A DNA stretch of 54,235 nt, counting the filler, from Jimgerdemannia flammicorona (Eukaryota): assembly GCA_003990765.1 (NCBI GenBank). It is 3 parts of 3 records of this genome, joined end to end, with 100 filler letters (N's around TTAATTAATTAA, not from the genome) between each part and the next. Parts side by side here need not be neighbours in the genome. Positions count along the whole stretch, not along the records: positions 36,226 to 54,235 come from RBNJ01002331.1; 2 more parts are not named here. The stretch is one strand, 5' to 3'. A model generated the notes under the pieces. The model was not told the origin of the DNA. It saw only the letters and a program-made list of their open reading frames with translations, and made no database searches. Made by a program: the position numbers and the translations under genes. Below, one piece after another: positions 49,201-54,235 of the stretch (its first letter is position 1; every line of letters begins with the position of its first letter).

Positions 49201-49892
49201 GATACTGGGCCAGCCACGACGCAACCAGTGCAAACTGAAAGACCGTTGAGCGCGTTTCGGACAGCCTGTGTGTAAGACATACGGAGGCACAATTAGCCAT
49301 TAATCCTTGTACCATGCACATTACGGAATCAAATCGGAGACAGAATGTTGCTCACATTCAACTTCGCCTCCTCCGTCGCGCTTTTAAACAGGAACCCGAT
49401 GTCTTGCTTCTGCAGCTCTTCGCTCTCGTTCTGGAGCTCCACGGATACAATGACGTGAACCGCAGGCCGGGGAGAGGGAATGGAGACTATGGTGCCTGGG
49501 AAGCCCAGAGGAATGAATTGTTATTCTGAAACCCCGGTAAAATGCGTGGAGGAAGGGAGAACGCAGGAAGGGGCCCAATAGTACATTTAGACATATCTAT
49601 GGGCGCAGGGGTGACGGATGTCGTGATGAGAGTATCGACTTGGACAACATGGTCTGGCAGGGACCTTGAGGGCCATATTCGACATGTATACCTCTAATAA
49701 AAAGGATGCCATTCGATTCAAGTTTTTCTCTTGTCTGCGCAGAACAATATCGATGAGGTTCACAATTACTCTGGATCCATTCTCCACGTCAACCCACTGC
49801 CCTACATAAGTGTTCAACTGGTTCAAGAGGTTTCTAGAGACTCTCAGGGACGCGGTGCCTGTGCTGTGGTAATCTGGTGAGATGGTTAGCAT
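46217..49892 (-). CDS. SPATA5L1: Double-ring AAA+ ATPase, AFG2B/SPATA5L1 family (60S maturation), multi-exon
   Basis: D1: [37 protein letters not shown]2: [61 protein letters not shown] and KTTL favour SPATA5L1 over AFG2/SPATA5. Stop TAA at 46217-46219. Confidence 0.85.
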
Positions 49893-50645
49893 TATTTATG
49901 TGACAAGATTCGCAGTCTTGATTGCGCCACTAATGAAAACCTTTTTAGGGGTCGCGTTTTGATAGTCACAACTCTGCACTCAGATCTTTACTACCCACCA
50001 CGCCTTCAGTCATCATATTTCCAACTGATGCCCCTAGGATCCTAAGACCCTAAGAACATCTGCTGAGCACATGGTCTTTGCGAAAAGATATTTTTAGTCC
50101 GAAATATTCACGTGCACATTTGGCCTTAGTTCGATACCAGCTCGAACATAAACGAAAATTTATGTAGTTACACGTTTTCGCTAAAGGCACAAAATCAGCA
50201 CCATGGAGAAAAGCGAAGGGATGAAATGATAGAATGCAATGGTATAGATTATGTATATGGAAAAAGAGATAAAACACCAAATAGATCAAGAGTAACAAAG
50301 TGAAATTACCATTGGAAAAACGTACTAACGACAAGTAGCAAGATACTGATATGTGAATACCCGCAAATTTTGGAAGAATGTAAGAATGTGCAAAATGGGG
50401 CTGATGGGGCCGATGATGCGAGAGTGTGTGGTATGGTGTAAAAGAAATATAAAACTGGGAACAACCCGTGGAAAAAAAAAAAAAAAATGTAATAACCACT
50501 CCGCACGTCCTTTTCTCCATTCGTTCAATCCATCCGAACGAAGGTTCATTTCGATACCCTCACCAGACCCGCCGATCTCCAGCAAATGGGGACCAATCAA
50601 ACCCCACTCTACCCCCGTTCCTCTCACAACACCATTTCGGTGCAT

Positions 50646-53142
50646 TCATGGAGCATCATCCTCTATCGCCCATCGGGTAGGCTTGCTTGACTCGATTTCT
50701 TGCAAGCCTGTGGGACTTAGTGACAGAGCTCCCGTCGGGCGTTGATTGACTGAGGTGAAGGATAAACGGTGGCCGATGAGAGTAACAGTATGGTATTTAG
50801 TATGATGAATAAATACCCAGCAACATAGGGAAACCAATTGAAGGTCAGCAGTACATACGATGTGTTTTGAGCCCTTTTCCAAAATTTCCTTTCACCAAGA
50901 ATCCGTAGATGGTGGTGATCTGAAATTTTCGAATATTGGAATGCAGAAGAAAGGGTCAGCATCCTACCGACCGAGATAGAAAAGAAGGGGATGGGGAGAG
51001 GGAAACCTTTGCATAAACCATGGCCGAGGTTCATTATGAATAGAATGGAAACATCAATACTTACGATGGCCAATACAATACTAACGAAGACTGCATGAAA
51101 AATATGTGAAGGCATCAGGTAATTTGTCAGAAATGGCGCCCTTCATTTTCCCAGATATAGAGCCAACACATCATCCCAGATGCCCCTTCCAATACAACGC
51201 TCCCAAAATAAAGAACAATTTAATGCGCTTACCGATGAAAATCCAGAAGAACCAGTTCTCATCCGGGTTCGGCGATATAGAGTGTCCAAGAATGTAGACG
51301 AAATCGCTGATGGCGGTCAGGTTGAATATGATGAAGAACCACATGAGATAGTGGTTTTCGTTACGTAACTGTGCAGGTGGTAAGATGCGCAGGAGAAGAG
51401 AGAAGGAATGGACGGGGCACAATAAATAATGAGAATTTTATACTCGTCCTCTGTCACTTCTATAGAAATACTCGTATACTTCCTCCAAGCCATACAGCGG
51501 GTCGTATTTTCTCCTCGTATCGGCTTAATTGTTCCCAATACCCATTAAACTACAGCCGCATTCCCTTAACCCTATTCCTCGTTTCCCATTCCCAACAAAG
51601 TCATCATGCCTCTTGCTACTCATTATCTACCGAACCTACCGCATGATACGCGATGAACAGCATTGGCAGGATCATCCCCGTGACGGTGGCATGAAAGATG
51701 AGCAGACCTGGGGAGTAGGCATTGACCTCCCAATTGGAGTTATTGATGGCCATGCCTATGAGGTAGAAGACAGAGAATCCGAGCTCAAAGAAGATGTTGA
51801 GCTTCATGAGCATCACGAATATTTGGTAGGTCTTGAAATGGCCTGAGAGGAGCGGAGCCAACGACGGCGGAACAAAAAGCGAGATTGGGTACTTTGACGA
51901 ATCAGAATTCGGGTACTTATCAGGTTCGAACACCGTTTCTCTACGTAGCGTCACTCCTTCCCATTTTCTCTCTCCTCATCCCACCCTCCATCCCAACCCA
52001 CCTTGCATCGCGATATTCGCGCCAATCCGCTTATAGATGAGCCACCCATACTGACGGTATAGCTTGTACGCCAAGAACATGAGGAAGAGGGCGAACACAA
52101 TCATGACGAAGGTAAGAACAATCTCGATCCACTTGGCCTGCATGAAGGGATCCACGTCCCTGAGCTGGAAACTGTCGATGATTTCCTGCACGCGCCCGAG
52201 CCACTTCTGCGACTCAAGGATTTGGACGACACCGAAAACCGCGCAGAGTAGGTTGATGAGCGAGGAAGTGGTGAGCTGGATTGTGTTGTGGTGGTAGAGC
52301 TGGGAGGTGGGGGCGGGACGAAGAGGAACGGCAGTGGGTGTGAGGGTCTGTGGTGACATTAAGTCATCGTTTGCTGTCCTCCCATCCAGAGCATCCATAG
52401 TTAAATCTGCCACTCCGCTCCTATGTTCCTGAGCATTGCTCTTAAACCATTCATCCAAAATCCACGTCCCACGTTCCACCTTTTTTTTTCTAGGATGGCG
52501 ACTCTAGCACGTCTCCATGCCGATGGGTCTTCAACTTTCCTCAAATCCACTTTCCTTCCAGTCCTTCTCAACTTGGCTTGAGCTAATTCCCTTGTGAACT
52601 TTCTCAAGCAGTTACTTATCCTTCGGCATCCTCCGATTTCCTGACATCCTCTCTTTATGCTTAACCGAAACAATAACACCACTCACCGCATCGAATGTAA
52701 ACCAAAGCTGGAACGCCTGGAACGCCATGAAAAATATGTTCTCGTACTTGAGCCTGCTGAACCTGTCAAGCGCCGGCGCTGTCGCAACTGCCATGACTAC
52801 GGGTGTGTCTGAGAATGAGGGAATGCGCGCAGTGTTGTTGTAACCATAGAAGGCAGAGTTGAAGAGGCCGAGCTGATCGTACTCCGCCTGGTTCGCGTTG
52901 AGTACCATCGACTCGAGAATAATGACACAGCCAGCCTGCAAAATCGTTGCGACGATAAAGGCGCGGGTCCAGGGCGTCTCGTTTATCCGTTTGAGCTGTG
53001 GAAGTGGAAGGTGAGGGTGTCAAAGGACAGGAAAGCGGGTTATCGGGCTTTTGCTCCGGAGTCCGTCGTGCCCAAATTGCGGGGTGGGGTTGCAACTAAC
53101 CAGTGTGTTCGAGAAGATAGATAATGTCTGTAGTAAACCCAT
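50646..53142 (-). CDS. Multi-pass membrane protein, UPF0658 (fungal Golgi membrane protein)-like, multi-exon
   Basis: Exons encode KYENIFFMAFQAFQLWFTFDA, AYKLYRQYGWLIYKRIGAN, YQIFVMLMKLNIFFELGF, LRNENHYLM and NFGKGLK with GT-AG introns. Family assigned from motif recognition. Confidence 0.75.
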
Positions 53143-53399
53143 GGTCTCTATTTGGGGAGGGCCCGAGGAGATGTTGGTGAGGTTGCTGTTGAAATGCGAG
53201 GAATGGCGATGGGCGTCGGGCGCAGATCTAGGGTTTGTGAAAAGAAATTGTTTGTTTGTTTGGCAAGAACGTTTGTCTTTGTAATTACAATAAGTTTCAC
53301 ACAAACACTTCGATCCCTCCTGCCAAAACCAGCCACCACCCAGCAGTACTCTCTCTTTTTTTTAACGGACTCAAGTCCCGCGGATTTTTATTGGAAGGG

Positions 53400-54235
53400 A
53401 ACCTAGACTATATAGGCTAAAACCCTCCCCCAACACCCCCATTAACCTAGGCTTGCTATTGTCCAGTGGCTCTACCAGCAGGGCTTATTGTAACCTGCAC
53501 CTCATTCTGTGCATCATGCTCTTCCTACCACCAGGAGGAACCTGACCATATGCCAACAACTGAAGGCACACGCCCACAACTCCAGAGCTAGTGCTCTCAA
53601 ATGAATCAAATTGGGGATTTTTCAAATCAAGGGTCCAATTCGAACCCTATTTTAGAAATGTAATAACTCAACGAAAACACGTCCAAATTTAACAAGCTAA
53701 AGAGTGTTAAATTTGGACATGTATTTATCAAGTTATTATATTTCAAAAAATAGGATTCAAATCGAATTTCAAATCGAATTTGGGTCAAATTCAATTCAAT
53801 TTGATTCATTGGGAGCACTAGTCAGAGCCAGATAACAAAGCTCCCACCACTCTAAAGAGAGTGACAGATAAAGAAAAACCCCCCCAAAAGATACAGAAGT
53901 AGGAGGAAACCTTCAATACTCTACTACTTAAGTTTGCAGGTCTCAATTATATCACTATGTCAGCTCTTAGTTCTAGTTGAGTACAATCTAAACACTTGAC
54001 CTAGATAGCTTTAAGTCTTCCAATAATCTTCAAATAACTGGAGTCTAATCTTATATATTATCAAGAGCTATCAAGAGTAATATCTATTACTTAACTACTT
54101 TATATCAATCAGAAGACCCTACTAATATAATATCCACAATAACTCTAATAACTATCATCAACCTGGTATCTGACTGATCTATTATAATTATTCTTTCTTC
54201 TATCTATAATGATCATCTTCTCTTTTTTTTTTTTT
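53400..54235. repeat. Decayed CpG-depleted repeat, becoming very AT-rich toward the contig end
   Basis: Composition like the other eroded TE sequence; hosts the MITE; no recognisable protein motif. Confidence 0.35.
53589..53820. mobile_element. 232-bp MITE, hAT-like
   Basis: TIRs TAGTGCTCTCAAATGAATCAAATTG / CAATTTGATTCATTGGGAGCACTA; flanking 8-mers TCCAGAGC and GTCAGAGC match 6/8. Confidence 0.8.

Overview
Eukaryotic, most likely early-diverging fungal DNA (Mucoromycota-like, inferred from the gene set). The window is three unrelated ~18-kb contigs (1-18014, 18115-36125, 36226-54235) joined by artificial 100-bp N/TTAATTAATTAA spacers. Contig 1 holds a decayed L1/Tx1-type LINE (minus strand) and a nest of three Ty3/Gypsy elements of one family (family A: ~2.07-kb LTRs, dUTPase, chromodomain remnant). 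The nest includes a Gag-only deletion derivative inserted with a perfect ATTAC target-site duplication into the RT of its relative. Contig 2 holds the 5' half of a second Gypsy family (family B: ~1.5-kb LTRs, dUTPase), an AT-eroded relic and a tandem cluster of BTB/POZ-SPRY genes (2 intact, 3 pseudogenes, 1 scrap). Contig 3 holds a near-complete decayed family B element, a frameshifted zinc-finger gene, SPATA5L1/AFG2B, a UPF0658-type membrane protein gene and a hAT-like MITE. Main finding: both Gypsy families carry a protein-coding ORF inside U3 of their LTRs. The two ORFs share a ~130-aa domain that aligns by hand almost without gaps, followed by an acidic/aromatic tail. A third, CpG-rich homologue of that domain is fused to a C4HC3 zinc finger outside any recognisable LTR. 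This suggests complex retrotransposons with an LTR-borne accessory gene and possibly a host counterpart; the function is untested inference.
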